From NCBI GenBank assembly GCA_030156945.1, contig JASGLT010000010.1, forward strand, positions 1,068-65,067: a DNA stretch of 64,000 bases. The letters are read 5' to 3'. The stretch comes from Thermococcaceae archaeon (GTDB lineage Archaea; Methanobacteriota_B; Thermococci; Thermococcales; Thermococcaceae). The position numbers and the translations under genes were made by a program. Position 1 is the first letter of the stretch. The number at the start of each line of letters is the position of its first letter. Shown here piece after piece: positions 37,770-47,551 of the stretch. The notes below the pieces were generated by a model. The model worked only from the letters and a program-made list of their open reading frames with translations, was not told the origin of the DNA and searched no databases.

Positions 37770-39073
37770 AAGCCATGGCCGTGCTCATAATAGCGGGCCT
37801 CGACACGGGCGGCGGGGCAGGGCTGAAGGCGGACATCGAAACGGTTTCCACTTTGAACGAGCACCCGCTCCCGGTGGTCTCCACGATAACCTATCAAAAC
37901 CCGGATGAGGTTAGGGGCCTCTTTCCAGTACCGCCAGAAACTATCAGGGAACAGATAAGGGCCGTCAAGGAGGCCTTTGACGTCAGGGCGGTAAAAATAG
38001 GCCTCCTCCACGGAGGGGCAATAAAGACCATAGCCGAGGAGACGGAAGGACTCATTAGGGTTCTCGATCCAGTCATAGCTTCCTCCTCTGGCTTTCGGTT
38101 TTTAAGTCCTGAAGACGTCGAGAAACTGAAGAGAGAGCTCCTTCCGGGCTCGATAGTCACGCCGAACGTCCCCGAGGCAGAAGCTCTAACGGGCCTGAAA
38201 ATAAACTCCGTGGACGACATGAAAAAGGCTGCAGGGGTTCTCGTGGAGGAGCTTGGCGCGGAGGCTGTGGTCATTAAGGGCGGGCACCTTAACCTCACCG
38301 ACGTCCTCTACTGGAATGGAGAGACCTTTGAGTTTTCAGGGGAGAGAGTTGAGGGCTTCACTCACGGGACGGGCTGCGTCTTCTCCTCGGCCCTTGCAGC
38401 TTTCATAGCCAAGGGCCTTGAGCTTCCGAAGGCAGTTGATAGGGCTAAACGCTTCGTTGAGGGGGCGATAAGGTTCTCAAGGGGAGAAGGAAAGGCCGTC
38501 AACCCACTCTGGGAGCTTCAGAGGGATGCTCAGAGGTGGAGGGCCAAGGAAGAGCTTGAAAGAGCAGTCGGTGAGCTCGTGAAACTTGGCGAACTTTTGA
38601 ACCCGCACGTTGCCGAGGTAGGCACGAACTTCGCTTTGGCAACTGACTTCGGCGAGGTCTTCGCAGTTAAGGGCCGTATCGTCCGCTACGGCAAAACGGT
38701 AAAGCCAGTGGGGCCGGTTGAGCTCAACGCCAGCGACCACCTCAGGAGAGCTCTCCTGAAGATGAGGGAGTTCTACCCCGAGGTCAGAGCTGTCCTCAAC
38801 CTCCGTTATTCGGAGAAGCTCATCAAGAGGGCAGAAGAGCTTGAACTCAAGGTTTCCTTCTACGACCGCAGGAAAGAGCCGGAGGAAGTCAAGAGGGCCG
38901 AGAGGGGTACGATGGAGTGGGGCATTGAGAGCGCCGTGAAAAGGCTTGGAGAGAGGCCCGACGTGATCTATCATCTCGGTGACTGGGGAAAGGAGCCGAT
39001 GATACTCGTGTTTGGCAGGGATGCCGAAGAGGTCGTCGAGAGAATAAGAAATCTTATTTTTGTCAGTCAGTAG
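37766..39073 (+). CDS. thiDN: HMP/HMP-P kinase fused to ThiN thiamine-phosphate synthase
   Basis: 'IAGLDTGGGAGLKAD', 'VTPNVPEA', 'HGTGCVFSS'; ThiN part 'EVGTNF', 'KGRIV', 'SDHL', 'GKEPMI'. Confidence 0.95.
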   Translation: MKAMAVLIIAGLDTGGGAGLKADIETVSTLNEHPLPVVSTITYQNPDEVRGLFPVPPETIREQIRAVKEAFDVRAVKIGLLHGGAIKTIAEETEGLIRVLDPVIASSSGFRFLSPEDVEKLKRELLPGSIVTPNVPEAEALTGLKINSVDDMKKAAGVLVEELGAEAVVIKGGHLNLTDVLYWNGETFEFSGERVEGFTHGTGCVFSSALAAFIAKGLELPKAVDRAKRFVEGAIRFSRGEGKAVNPLWELQRDAQRWRAKEELERAVGELVKLGELLNPHVAEVGTNFALATDFGEVFAVKGRIVRYGKTVKPVGPVELNASDHLRRALLKMREFYPEVRAVLNLRYSEKLIKRAEELELKVSFYDRRKEPEEVKRAERGTMEWGIESAVKRLGERPDVIYHLGDWGKEPMILVFGRDAEEVVERIRNLIFVSQ

Positions 39074-39092
39074 TCCTCGTCTTTTCATTTAT

Positions 39093-39845
39093 TCAAAACG
39101 GAAGGCCAGGAATTGGGCCATAGATAATCCTTAAAAGCCCAACGAAAATTGGCTGGTGGATGAGGTACACCTTCAGGGTATGCCTGCCCATAAAGGCCAG
39201 AAAGTGAACCGCTGGACTTTGGGGAAGGGAGAGGGGTCGTTTTCTTGCCCCGTTGGGGTAGAAGACGCTCCCCACAGCCATTCCAAGCAGGTAAACGCCA
39301 AACCATGGGAATATAGGGAAGTAATCAGGGGCAAAGTAATCCTCGGGCATAATCCCCAGGGGAAGGAGAAAGATGCCATCGTGAATGTTCCCCACGAGAA
39401 AATACCCAAGAAGGAAAAACAGTGCCCAAATTATGTTTGCTCTGCCGAACCTGTAAAACGGAATACCAAGAAGAGCCGCTGCACCGAGAAAGTGGAGAAT
39501 CCCAAAGTGTATCGTCATTCTTCCGGGAAGGAGGGAAGTGATGAGAGTTATGAGCATCCCGAGACCGAAGAGCTTGAGAAAGCGCCTGAAATACTTAGGG
39601 TAGGGGGAAAAGCTTCGTTTCAGGGTTCTTGAATAGCTCACCCAGAAGGAGAGACCGGAAGTAAAAACGAATATCGTTGCCGTGGCGATCGCAAAGAGAA
39701 GCCAGAACATCCGGTGTTCCCTGTAACCCAGAAAAAGCTGTAGATCAGTCACGAAGTTAGAGACTACCATCATCGTTATGCCTACTCCTCTAAGCAGGTC
39801 TATCTCCCAGTATCGCTCCCTTTCATACACCTCAGCGCCCAGCAT
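39093..39845 (-). CDS. DUF1624 / heparan-alpha-glucosaminide N-acetyltransferase-like membrane protein
   Basis: 'RYWEIDLLRG', 'HFGILHFLG', 'DYFPIFPWFG', 'GRHTLKVYLIHQP'. Confidence 0.88.
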   Translation of the reverse strand: MLGAEVYERERYWEIDLLRGVGITMMVVSNFVTDLQLFLGYREHRMFWLLFAIATATIFVFTSGLSFWVSYSRTLKRSFSPYPKYFRRFLKLFGLGMLITLITSLLPGRMTIHFGILHFLGAAALLGIPFYRFGRANIIWALFFLLGYFLVGNIHDGIFLLPLGIMPEDYFAPDYFPIFPWFGVYLLGMAVGSVFYPNGARKRPLSLPQSPAVHFLAFMGRHTLKVYLIHQPIFVGLLRIIYGPIPGLPF

Positions 39846-39933
39846 TGGAGTTACTTTTGGAAGAAAGTTAATAGTGTTTTCGTTTGTCCTCTCTTGGAGC
39901 TAACGTTATAACCTCTCTCCCCTATTTTTACCG

Positions 39934-41868
39934 GTGGCTCTCATGATAGTGCGGGGAAAAGTGATAGGAAGCGAAATCCCGCGGTTCAAGCACCGCTGGT
40001 TTGGCGTTCTCGAGGTTGATGCCGGGGAAAAGTACAGGCTCTATATGACGGGAAACGCAGCCCAGTGGTTCCTAACCGGGGACGAGGTTGAGATTGAGAT
40101 TCTGAGCAAGCCAAAGGAGAAGAACGGCTTCAAGGTTCTCGACTTCGACGACTACCGCCTGTGGAAGTTCTACAACGGCGAGAAAATTCTGGTCTGGCCC
40201 CTCTGGGAAAAGGAGCTTGAGGCGAAGCGCTACTCTCCTCTGACGGGTGAGCTCCTCTACACATACAAAATCCGGGCGAGGGAGGCCAAATACGAGTCCG
40301 ACTTCGAGGCGATAGCCGAGCTCGAGCAGTACCACTACGCGAGCCAGAAGGAGAAGGTGGCGCTGTGGCGCTGTGAGAACGGCCACATCTTCGAGGCGAA
40401 CACAAAGCAGGCCTGTCCCGTCTGCGGGAGCGAGGACGTCCACATACTCGAGATTAAGGGCTCAACTCCAGCCTCACGCTTCCTGATCCTTGAGCTCGTT
40501 GAGAGGGAGGAGTACGAGCCGAGGATTCTCAGCTACGTCCGCGTTGACCCGCCTATACCTCTAATGCACCGCAGACTGCCGAACGGAGAAATCGAGAAGA
40601 ACATCCGCGAGAGGGTCTTTCCGGAGGACTGGTTCCACCCTGCATTCTGGCCGGAGAGGATAATGCGCGAGCTCTACGAGGAGCTGAAGAAGAAGTACAA
40701 GAAGAGGGTTGCCCGCTCGTACCTCTGGGAGGAGGCCAAGTGGAAGGCCCTAAAGGAGACGAACACCGCGGGGGCGAGGATAGCCCGAGTTGTGGTTCAT
40801 CCCGACTACCGCTCCGATGGTCTCGGCCAGCTGAGCGTTAAGGCCGCGCTCGAGTGGATAGCCGAGAGAAGAATTCCGGAGATGAGGAAGAGAAAGCACA
40901 TAGTAGAGACCATAGCCCAGATGGCCCGCTACAACCCGTTCTTCGAGAAGGTGGGCTTCAAGTTCCTCTGGGAGACGGCAAGCGGAAGGCCCGTGCTCTT
41001 CTACCCGCTGACCGAGGAGGCGAAGGAGTACATAGAGCGCTTCCTTAAGGAGGACCCGTACGCCCCGAAGGATGGAAGGCTCTGGAACCCGAGCTACGGA
41101 AAGGTCGAGCCTCTGAGCGGGCCGATAGTGTCTAAAGACGTCAGCAAGGTCTTCGAGAGCGAGCTCGACGTGAAGGGCCTTCCGGATGAGATAAGGGAAC
41201 TACTGGAGGCGTTCGGCGTCAGGCACCGCGTCATCCAGAGGCCCGTCCTTCGGAACCTCAACTTCAAGATAAAACCCGGCGAGCTTATAGCAGTCGTGGG
41301 TGCGAGCGGAGCTGGAAAGACCACCCTCTTGAGGCTGATCCTAGGGGCGGCCAACGGCTGGTGGGAGGAGCGCGTCAGGCCGACGACGGGAGAGATAGAG
41401 GTTCCGGATAACGTGAAGGTCTCCGTTATGATACCCGGTGAGTTCGAGCCGAGCTTTGGGACGGAGAGCATACTGGAGCACGTTTACAGGAAGACAGGCG
41501 ACCTGAACGCGGCAGTTGAAGTCCTCAACAGAGCTGGACTGAGCGACGCAGTCCTTTACAGGGCGAATTACTCGGAGCTGAGCACGGGTCAGAAGGAGAG
41601 GGCCAGGATAGCCTCGCTCCTCGCTGAAAAACCAAATCTGCTCCTCATAGACGAGTTCGCGGCACACCTTGACACTCTAACGGCCATGAGGGTTGCAAGG
41701 AAAGTTGCCGAGATAATCCGAGAGGCCGGGATTACCGCGCTCATAATCACCCACAGGCCGGAAGTCCTAAAGGCCCTTGATCCGGACAGGGTGCTCTTTG
41801 TCGGCTACGGGACTGCGAGGGTTCAGAGGGCACAGAGCACGTCGAAGAAAGCCGAACCGAGCCAGTGA
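39934..41868 (+). CDS. GNAT acetyltransferase fused to ABC-type ATPase (COG2401-like), with Zn ribbon
   Basis: 'RCENGH...CPVCG'; GNAT motif A 'RVVVHPDYRSDGLG'; Walker A 'GASGAGKTT'; signature 'LSTGQKER'; Walker B 'LLIDE'. No transmembrane partner adjacent. Confidence 0.88.
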   Translation: MALMIVRGKVIGSEIPRFKHRWFGVLEVDAGEKYRLYMTGNAAQWFLTGDEVEIEILSKPKEKNGFKVLDFDDYRLWKFYNGEKILVWPLWEKELEAKRYSPLTGELLYTYKIRAREAKYESDFEAIAELEQYHYASQKEKVALWRCENGHIFEANTKQACPVCGSEDVHILEIKGSTPASRFLILELVEREEYEPRILSYVRVDPPIPLMHRRLPNGEIEKNIRERVFPEDWFHPAFWPERIMRELYEELKKKYKKRVARSYLWEEAKWKALKETNTAGARIARVVVHPDYRSDGLGQLSVKAALEWIAERRIPEMRKRKHIVETIAQMARYNPFFEKVGFKFLWETASGRPVLFYPLTEEAKEYIERFLKEDPYAPKDGRLWNPSYGKVEPLSGPIVSKDVSKVFESELDVKGLPDEIRELLEAFGVRHRVIQRPVLRNLNFKIKPGELIAVVGASGAGKTTLLRLILGAANGWWEERVRPTTGEIEVPDNVKVSVMIPGEFEPSFGTESILEHVYRKTGDLNAAVEVLNRAGLSDAVLYRANYSELSTGQKERARIASLLAEKPNLLLIDEFAAHLDTLTAMRVARKVAEIIREAGITALIITHRPEVLKALDPDRVLFVGYGTARVQRAQSTSKKAEPSQ

Positions 41869-42410
41869 AGGAGGAAGCTTGGGACGAAGCTCTCTCCTTT
41901 TAAGTCCATTTTTGCAAAAATAATGCCCGCAACGAACGCATACGGGACTTCTATCCCCGGCTTTCCGATGTGGACTATTGTGTAGGGGATGTCCTGAAGG
42001 ATTATGGCCAGCCACTCGTTCTTTTTTGCCAGAGGGAAAAGAAGAAAGCCCCGATAAAAAGCCTCGTGGGCCAGCATTGTAATCCCCATGGCAAGCTCGC
42101 CCAGAACGAAGTCAAAGACGCTTGAATACGGAAAAACCGGATAGTAAGACCTCATCTCGGGGATGCTTCTCCCATAGATGCTCAGTGGGACTGAAGCCAG
42201 AAAGAGAACTGCAAAGAGCTTTATACCGACCTTGTTTGGTAGACTTATGCCGACTTCTCTCCACTGGAAGCCCATAAGTCTTGAGACTACCGCCGGAATT
42301 AGGAGGTAAAAGAGGCTGACTACTGCAACGTGCTCCCAGAAAGAGGTATGAATAAGCCAGGGGACAAAGCTTAAAGGGAGAAAGAGAAGGAAGAGAAAGT
42401 GCTCACGCAT
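41823..42410 (-). CDS. CPBP (CAAX/Abi) family intramembrane metalloprotease
   Basis: 'HEAFYRGFLL', 'HIGKP...E', 'FLLHW'; hydrophobic. Confidence 0.85.
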   Translation of the reverse strand: MREHFLFLLFLPLSFVPWLIHTSFWEHVAVVSLFYLLIPAVVSRLMGFQWREVGISLPNKVGIKLFAVLFLASVPLSIYGRSIPEMRSYYPVFPYSSVFDFVLGELAMGITMLAHEAFYRGFLLFPLAKKNEWLAIILQDIPYTIVHIGKPGIEVPYAFVAGIIFAKMDLKGESFVPSFLLHWLGSAFFDVLCAL

Positions 42411-42436
42411 TTTTCACACCGAGCCCGTGATTTGGC

Positions 42437-43399
42437 TCACTCAGAGCTGGCCTCTTCACTCTTTTCTTCTGAGGACTCGCTCTCGGTGCTCTCCTCAGGC
42501 TTTTCTTCCACAGGCTTCTCTACAGTCTCCTCGGCTTTAGTCTCTTCCCCTGACTCCCCAGCCTCTGCATTCTCCTCAGACTTCTCTTCGGTGCTTTCTT
42601 CCGCGGCTTCTCCTTCCTGCTCGGGTGCCTTTTCAGCTTCGGTCTCCCCACCGGCTTCCTCCTCAGGCTTTTTCTCCTCAGCCCCTGGAGGCTTGAGGAG
42701 CTCCTCAACTGTGGGCTTAAATTTAACTTCCTCGTAGCCTATGAACTTGAGGTCGCTCTCGAGCAGGATTTCCCCGAGGATGAGGGTGTTCTTGTCGATC
42801 TCCTCCAGGACTGGAGTGAAGTCCACTGTGACGTCCTTTTCACCGACTTCAATGATGATCTTCTCGGTGTTTAACCTCGGAATGCGGAGCTCTACGAGGG
42901 CCCTAACTTTTTCTATGGGGTCTTCTATCTTCTCCACGACTTCAACCTTGTATACCAGGTGCTTGCCGGCATAGGGGTGGTTGAAGTCAACCCTGACACG
43001 GCCACCGCTAACGGTAAGAACCCTGCCCCGGAGCTTTCTGCCGCTCTCGGTCTCTATCTCAACCGGCATTCCTGGGAATGGCATTATTCCCTGTCTCCTG
43101 AACTGTCCAAGGGTGAAGGTCTTGATGAGCTTGGGGTCGCGCGGCCCAAAGCCTTTCTCAGGCGGGAGTTCTATCTCGTACTCCTTCCCAACCTCAAGGC
43201 CCTCAAGAGCCTCATCAAGCCCCTTTATGACGTGGCCGGCTCCAACCGCAATGGGGACCGGACCGTAGACCCCTTCCTCCTTGTAGATTCCGGCTTCCTT
43301 CGCAACTTCCTCATCAGTAGTGTCGAAAATCTCACCGGTCTCCTTTATTTTCCCGGTGTAGCGAAGCTTAACAACGTCACCCTTCTGAACCTTGGTCAT
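42437..43399 (-). CDS. slyD: Long-type FKBP peptidyl-prolyl isomerase with acidic C-terminal tail
   Basis: 'GEIFDTT', 'GHVIKGLDEAL', 'PEKGFG', 'VDFNHPYAGK'; about 80-residue Glu-rich tail. ATG 43399 has a GGAGG RBS. Confidence 0.93.
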   Translation of the reverse strand: MTKVQKGDVVKLRYTGKIKETGEIFDTTDEEVAKEAGIYKEEGVYGPVPIAVGAGHVIKGLDEALEGLEVGKEYEIELPPEKGFGPRDPKLIKTFTLGQFRRQGIMPFPGMPVEIETESGRKLRGRVLTVSGGRVRVDFNHPYAGKHLVYKVEVVEKIEDPIEKVRALVELRIPRLNTEKIIIEVGEKDVTVDFTPVLEEIDKNTLILGEILLESDLKFIGYEEVKFKPTVEELLKPPGAEEKKPEEEAGGETEAEKAPEQEGEAAEESTEEKSEENAEAGESGEETKAEETVEKPVEEKPEESTESESSEEKSEEASSE

Positions 43400-43508
43400 T
43401 TTCGTGACCTCCTTTCTTTTTCCAGACCCAGTTGGGTGCTCAGTTTTTAAGCTTTCCCGCAGCGATAAGCTAATAAAAAGCCACTCCCAAAAGCGCCCGG
43501 TGGTAGAG

Positions 43509-44939
43509 ATGGGGATCAAAATATACAACACCCTGACGAAGCAGAAGGAGGATTTCAAGCCCTTGAGAGAAGGCGAGGTCAGGATGTACGTCTGCGGGCC
43601 GACGGTTTACGATTACACCCACATCGGTCATGCGAGGACTTACATCGCCTTCGACGTGATAAGGCGCTACCTCGAGCACAAGGGCTACACCGTTCTCATG
43701 GTCATGAACTTCACAGACATAGACGATAAAATCATCAAGAGGGCAAATGAGACCGGCGAAGACCCGAAGGAGCTGGCCGAAAAATTCCTGAAATACTTCC
43801 TTGAGGACATGAAAGCTTTGAAGGTCAAGCCCGCTGACATCTACCCGCGCGTCACCGAGCACATCCAGGACATCATAGACTTCATAAGGGAGCTCCAGGA
43901 GAAAGGCTACGCCTACGAGGGGAGCGATGGCGTCTATTTTGAAGTCGGGAAGTTCAAAGACTACGGAAAGCTCAGCAAGGTAAAGCTGGAGGACCTCGTC
44001 AAGGGCGCGCGCGTTGAGCCAGGAGAGGGCAAGAAGAACCCCGAAGACTTTGCCCTCTGGAAGAAGGCAAAACCTGGAGAACCCAAGTGGGAGAGTCCCT
44101 GGGGCGAGGGTAGACCAGGCTGGCACATCGAGTGCTCCACGATGAGCACGAAGTACCTCGGCGAGAGCTTCGACATCCACGGCGGCGGAAGCGACCTGAT
44201 CTTTCCGCACCACGAGAACGAGATAGCCCAGACGGAAGCCTGCACCGGCCATGAGTGGGTTCGCTACTGGATGCACACGGGCTTCCTGATGGTGAACGGC
44301 GAGAAGATGAGCAAGAGCCTCGGCAACTTCGTGACGATCAGGGAAGCGCTCCAGCGCTACGACCCTGAGGTAATAAGGCTCTTCGTCCTGCAGAGACACT
44401 ACAGGTCGCCGCTCGACTACACCGAGGAGGGCCTTGAGCACGCCAAGAACAACCTTGAGAGGCTCTACAACACCCTCGAGAACATCCGCGTGGCGATGGA
44501 GAGGGCGGAGATAGCCTTCAAGTGGGGCGAGGAGGAGTTCGAGGCCTACGAGGCCATAAGGGACGGCAGAGAGAAGTTCTATGAAGCGATGGACGACGAC
44601 TTCAACACGGCCGAGGCACTCAAGGCGGTCTTCGAGGTCAGCAACGCCGTAAACCGCTATCTCACCCAGGTGGAGAGGCCGAAGGAGAGCATCCTCAGGA
44701 AGGCCTGGGAGTTCTTCAGGATTGTGAGCGAGGTCTTCGGCATCTTCGAGGACTACTTCAGGGAGCAGAAGGCTGGAGAAGAAGAGGCCCTGATAAAGCT
44801 CCTCATAGATGTCCGCGCCCAGCTCAGGAAGGAGAGGAAGTTCGACCTCGCCGACAAGATAAGGGCCGAGCTGAGAAACCTCGGAATCCAGCTCGAGGAC
44901 ACGCCGCAGGGAACTGTTTGGAAGAGGATTAAGGTCTGA
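43509..44939 (+). CDS. cysS: Cysteine--tRNA ligase
   Basis: 'YVCGPTVYD..HIGHAR', 'DFALWK', 'GRPGWHIECS', 'FPHHENE', 'KMSKS'. Confidence 0.98.
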   Translation: MGIKIYNTLTKQKEDFKPLREGEVRMYVCGPTVYDYTHIGHARTYIAFDVIRRYLEHKGYTVLMVMNFTDIDDKIIKRANETGEDPKELAEKFLKYFLEDMKALKVKPADIYPRVTEHIQDIIDFIRELQEKGYAYEGSDGVYFEVGKFKDYGKLSKVKLEDLVKGARVEPGEGKKNPEDFALWKKAKPGEPKWESPWGEGRPGWHIECSTMSTKYLGESFDIHGGGSDLIFPHHENEIAQTEACTGHEWVRYWMHTGFLMVNGEKMSKSLGNFVTIREALQRYDPEVIRLFVLQRHYRSPLDYTEEGLEHAKNNLERLYNTLENIRVAMERAEIAFKWGEEEFEAYEAIRDGREKFYEAMDDDFNTAEALKAVFEVSNAVNRYLTQVERPKESILRKAWEFFRIVSEVFGIFEDYFREQKAGEEEALIKLLIDVRAQLRKERKFDLADKIRAELRNLGIQLEDTPQGTVWKRIKV

Positions 44940-45024
44940 AAACTGAGCTTTGCATCCCTTTTCTCAACCATTTATCGAGCGCAACCTTTTAAGTTCGCGT
45001 GCTGAGTTGTGATTGGTGAAGTTT

Positions 45025-46290
45025 ATGGACTGCACGAAGGACTACTGCGTTAAGGACATCTCCCTGGCACCGAGCGGAGAGAAGAAGATAGACTGGGTCT
45101 CCCGCTTCATGCCGGTTCTCCAGCACATCAGGAGGGACTTCGAGGAAAGAAAGCCCTTCAAGGGGGTTAGGATTGCAGCGACTCTCCACCTTGAGATGAA
45201 GACTGCTTTCCTCCTTCTGACGCTGAAAGCGGCCGGAGCTGAGGTTTCGGCAGCCGCAAGTAATCCGCTGAGCACACAGGACGATGTTGTCGCGGCTTTA
45301 GCTAGGGCCGGCGTCAAGGTTTACGCAATAAGGGGTGAGAGCAGGGAGCAGTACTACGAGTTCATGCACAAGGCCCTCGACATCAGGCCGAACATCATCA
45401 TAGACGATGGGGCGGACATGGTTTCAACGGTTCTCAGGGAGAGACAGGAACTCATCCCAGACATCTGGGGGGCTAGCGAAGAGACCACAACGGGAGTGAT
45501 AAGGTTCCGTGCTATGGAGAAGGAAGGCGTTCTTAAGTTCCCAATCATAGCGGTCAACGACTCCTACACTAAATACCTCTTCGACAACCGCTACGGGACG
45601 GGACAGTCCACTTGGGACGGCATAATAAGGACGACGAACCTCCTCGTGGCAGGTAAAAACGTTGTCGTTGTCGGCTACGGATGGTGCGGTAGGGGCATAG
45701 CGATGCGCGCCAGAGGGCTTGGAGCGACCGTTATCGTAGTCGAGGTTGACCCGATAAGGGCTCTGGAGGCCAGAATGGACGGGTTCCTCGTCATGGACAT
45801 GAGGGAAGCGACGAAGGTTGGAGACATTTTCATAACAGCCACGGGCGACATCAACTGCATTAGGAGAGAACACTTCGAGCTCATGAAGGATGGGGCTATT
45901 CTCGCAAACGCCGGCCACTTCGACGTGGAGATTTCAAAGCCCGACCTTGAAGAGCTGGCCGTTGAGATAAGCGAGCCGAGGCCGAACATCACAGAGTACA
46001 AGATGGCCGATGGGAGAAGGCTCTACCTTCTTGCCGAGGGGAGGCTGGTGAACTTAGCGGCAGCCGATGGCCATCCGGCTGAGATAATGGACATGAGCTT
46101 CGCGCTCCAGGCTAAAGCCGCTGAGTACATCAAGGAGAACCGCGGAAAGCTTGAGCCAAAGGTCTATGTCCTTCCGAGGGAGATAGACGAGATGGTAGCG
46201 AGGATAAAGCTCGCCTCGATGGGGATCAAGATTGAGGAGCTCACCGAGGAGCAGAAGAAGTACCTTGAGAGCTGGGAGCACGGCACCTGA
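45025..46290 (+). CDS. ahcY: S-adenosylhomocysteine hydrolase
   Basis: 'SNPLSTQD', 'IIDDGAD', 'EETTTG', '[10 protein letters not shown]', 'GYGWCGRG', 'NAGHFD', '[11 protein letters not shown]'. Confidence 0.98.
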   Translation: MDCTKDYCVKDISLAPSGEKKIDWVSRFMPVLQHIRRDFEERKPFKGVRIAATLHLEMKTAFLLLTLKAAGAEVSAAASNPLSTQDDVVAALARAGVKVYAIRGESREQYYEFMHKALDIRPNIIIDDGADMVSTVLRERQELIPDIWGASEETTTGVIRFRAMEKEGVLKFPIIAVNDSYTKYLFDNRYGTGQSTWDGIIRTTNLLVAGKNVVVVGYGWCGRGIAMRARGLGATVIVVEVDPIRALEARMDGFLVMDMREATKVGDIFITATGDINCIRREHFELMKDGAILANAGHFDVEISKPDLEELAVEISEPRPNITEYKMADGRRLYLLAEGRLVNLAAADGHPAEIMDMSFALQAKAAEYIKENRGKLEPKVYVLPREIDEMVARIKLASMGIKIEELTEEQKKYLESWEHGT

Positions 46291-46316
46291 CTTCCTTTCT
46301 ATTTTGAGGTGGGATT

Positions 46317-46736
46317 ATGGATTTTGAACCCTTCAAAATCGTTCCAGTCGGCTACGTGAGAAAGGACGAAGGGCTTCACGAAACGTTCATCGAAATCCTC
46401 CCAGAGTTCATAGAAGCCACTGAAGGTCTTCGAGAGGGCGACTGGATAAAGCTCCTCCTGTGGTTCCACCTCAGCGACACGCCCGAGAAAAGGAGTGTCT
46501 TCAAAGTCCACCCGCGGGGAGACCCAAGGAACCCTATTAGGGGTGTTTTTGCCACCCGCTCACCCCTCAGACCGAACCCCATAGCGCTATACACCGTCAG
46601 GATACACCGGATGGCGGAGAACAGACTCTACATAGCCCAGATTGACGCCATTGAAGGAACGCCTGTCGTTGATATAAAGCCCTTTGTCGAGAGGCTCGAC
46701 TGTCCGGAAGAACCAAAAGAACGCTCAACGATTTAA
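46317..46736 (+). CDS. TsaA/TrmO-family SAM-binding tRNA methyltransferase-like protein
   Basis: 'GVFATRSPLRPNPIAL', 'DAIEGTPVVDIKPF'. Confidence 0.9.
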   Translation: MDFEPFKIVPVGYVRKDEGLHETFIEILPEFIEATEGLREGDWIKLLLWFHLSDTPEKRSVFKVHPRGDPRNPIRGVFATRSPLRPNPIALYTVRIHRMAENRLYIAQIDAIEGTPVVDIKPFVERLDCPEEPKERSTI

Positions 46737-46970
46737 AGGCCTAATTTTCCCGATAAGTCTCTCCCACACCCTCCAAGCATGACTTAAAGTAGCTGTGGGT
46801 AGAGCTAAGGTTTTCTGTCCCATTATGTGTACGAAGGCTTTCTCCCCTGAGCAAAGGGGCTGAAAGGGGTTTTTAAAGCCTCCTGGCGCCTCGCGGAAAC
46901 CTTGTAAGGCCCGAGTAGATGCCTTAGATGGCTACGCTATAATGGCACTGTGTGCACAGAGAGTAGAAAC

Positions 46971-47420
46971 TCAAAGCGAGAAGAGGCTCTTCTTCCCTAT
47001 TATCTCTTCCCTGCTCTTTCCGGCCTTCAAGTCTTCGATGAGCTTCAAAACGCGGCGCTTTATCTCGTCCCTAACCTCACGGTACTTCTCTATTGGCTGG
47101 CCGTAGGGGTCATCGAGCCCCCAGTCCCAGGTCTTTTCGGGCGGAGCGTAGGGGCACTTGTCAAGACAGCCCATGGTTATGACGATGTAGGCATTATCGG
47201 CCATCTCCTCGGTGTAGAGCTTTGGATACTGACCCTCAAGGGAAATTCCAATTTCCTCCATGACTTTCCTCGCGAGCGGGTCTATCTCTTCGGCCGGCTC
47301 CGTCCCGGCGCTCATTGCTTTAAACCTTGGGTCATCGTTGAAGTGGTTGAAGAAAGCCTCCGCCATCTGACTCCTTGCAGAGTTCTTCACGCAGACGAAG
47401 AGGATTAGTTTTTCCTCCAT
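46971..47420 (-). CDS. arsC: Arsenate reductase (LMW-PTP family)
   Basis: 'FVCVKNSARSQMAE' (CX5R), 'SAGT', 'TMGCLDKCP', 'DWGLDDP'; divergent from acr3. Confidence 0.88.
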   Translation of the reverse strand: MEEKLILFVCVKNSARSQMAEAFFNHFNDDPRFKAMSAGTEPAEEIDPLARKVMEEIGISLEGQYPKLYTEEMADNAYIVITMGCLDKCPYAPPEKTWDWGLDDPYGQPIEKYREVRDEIKRRVLKLIEDLKAGKSREEIIGKKSLFSL

Positions 47421-47551
47421 TTTTCCCACCATGGAAAGCTCGGAGATAATGTTTAAAGGCGTTGCCGCAGTAGTCTATAGAGTGCCATATAGATTAACAC
47501 CTCCACCTTTGGTTTTAAAAAACCTTTTTATTTGAACCGGTCTTCAATCAA

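Noticed and set aside
46737-46970. Possible degraded gene on the minus strand downstream of arsC
   Set aside because: No start codon or motif could be assigned in any frame.
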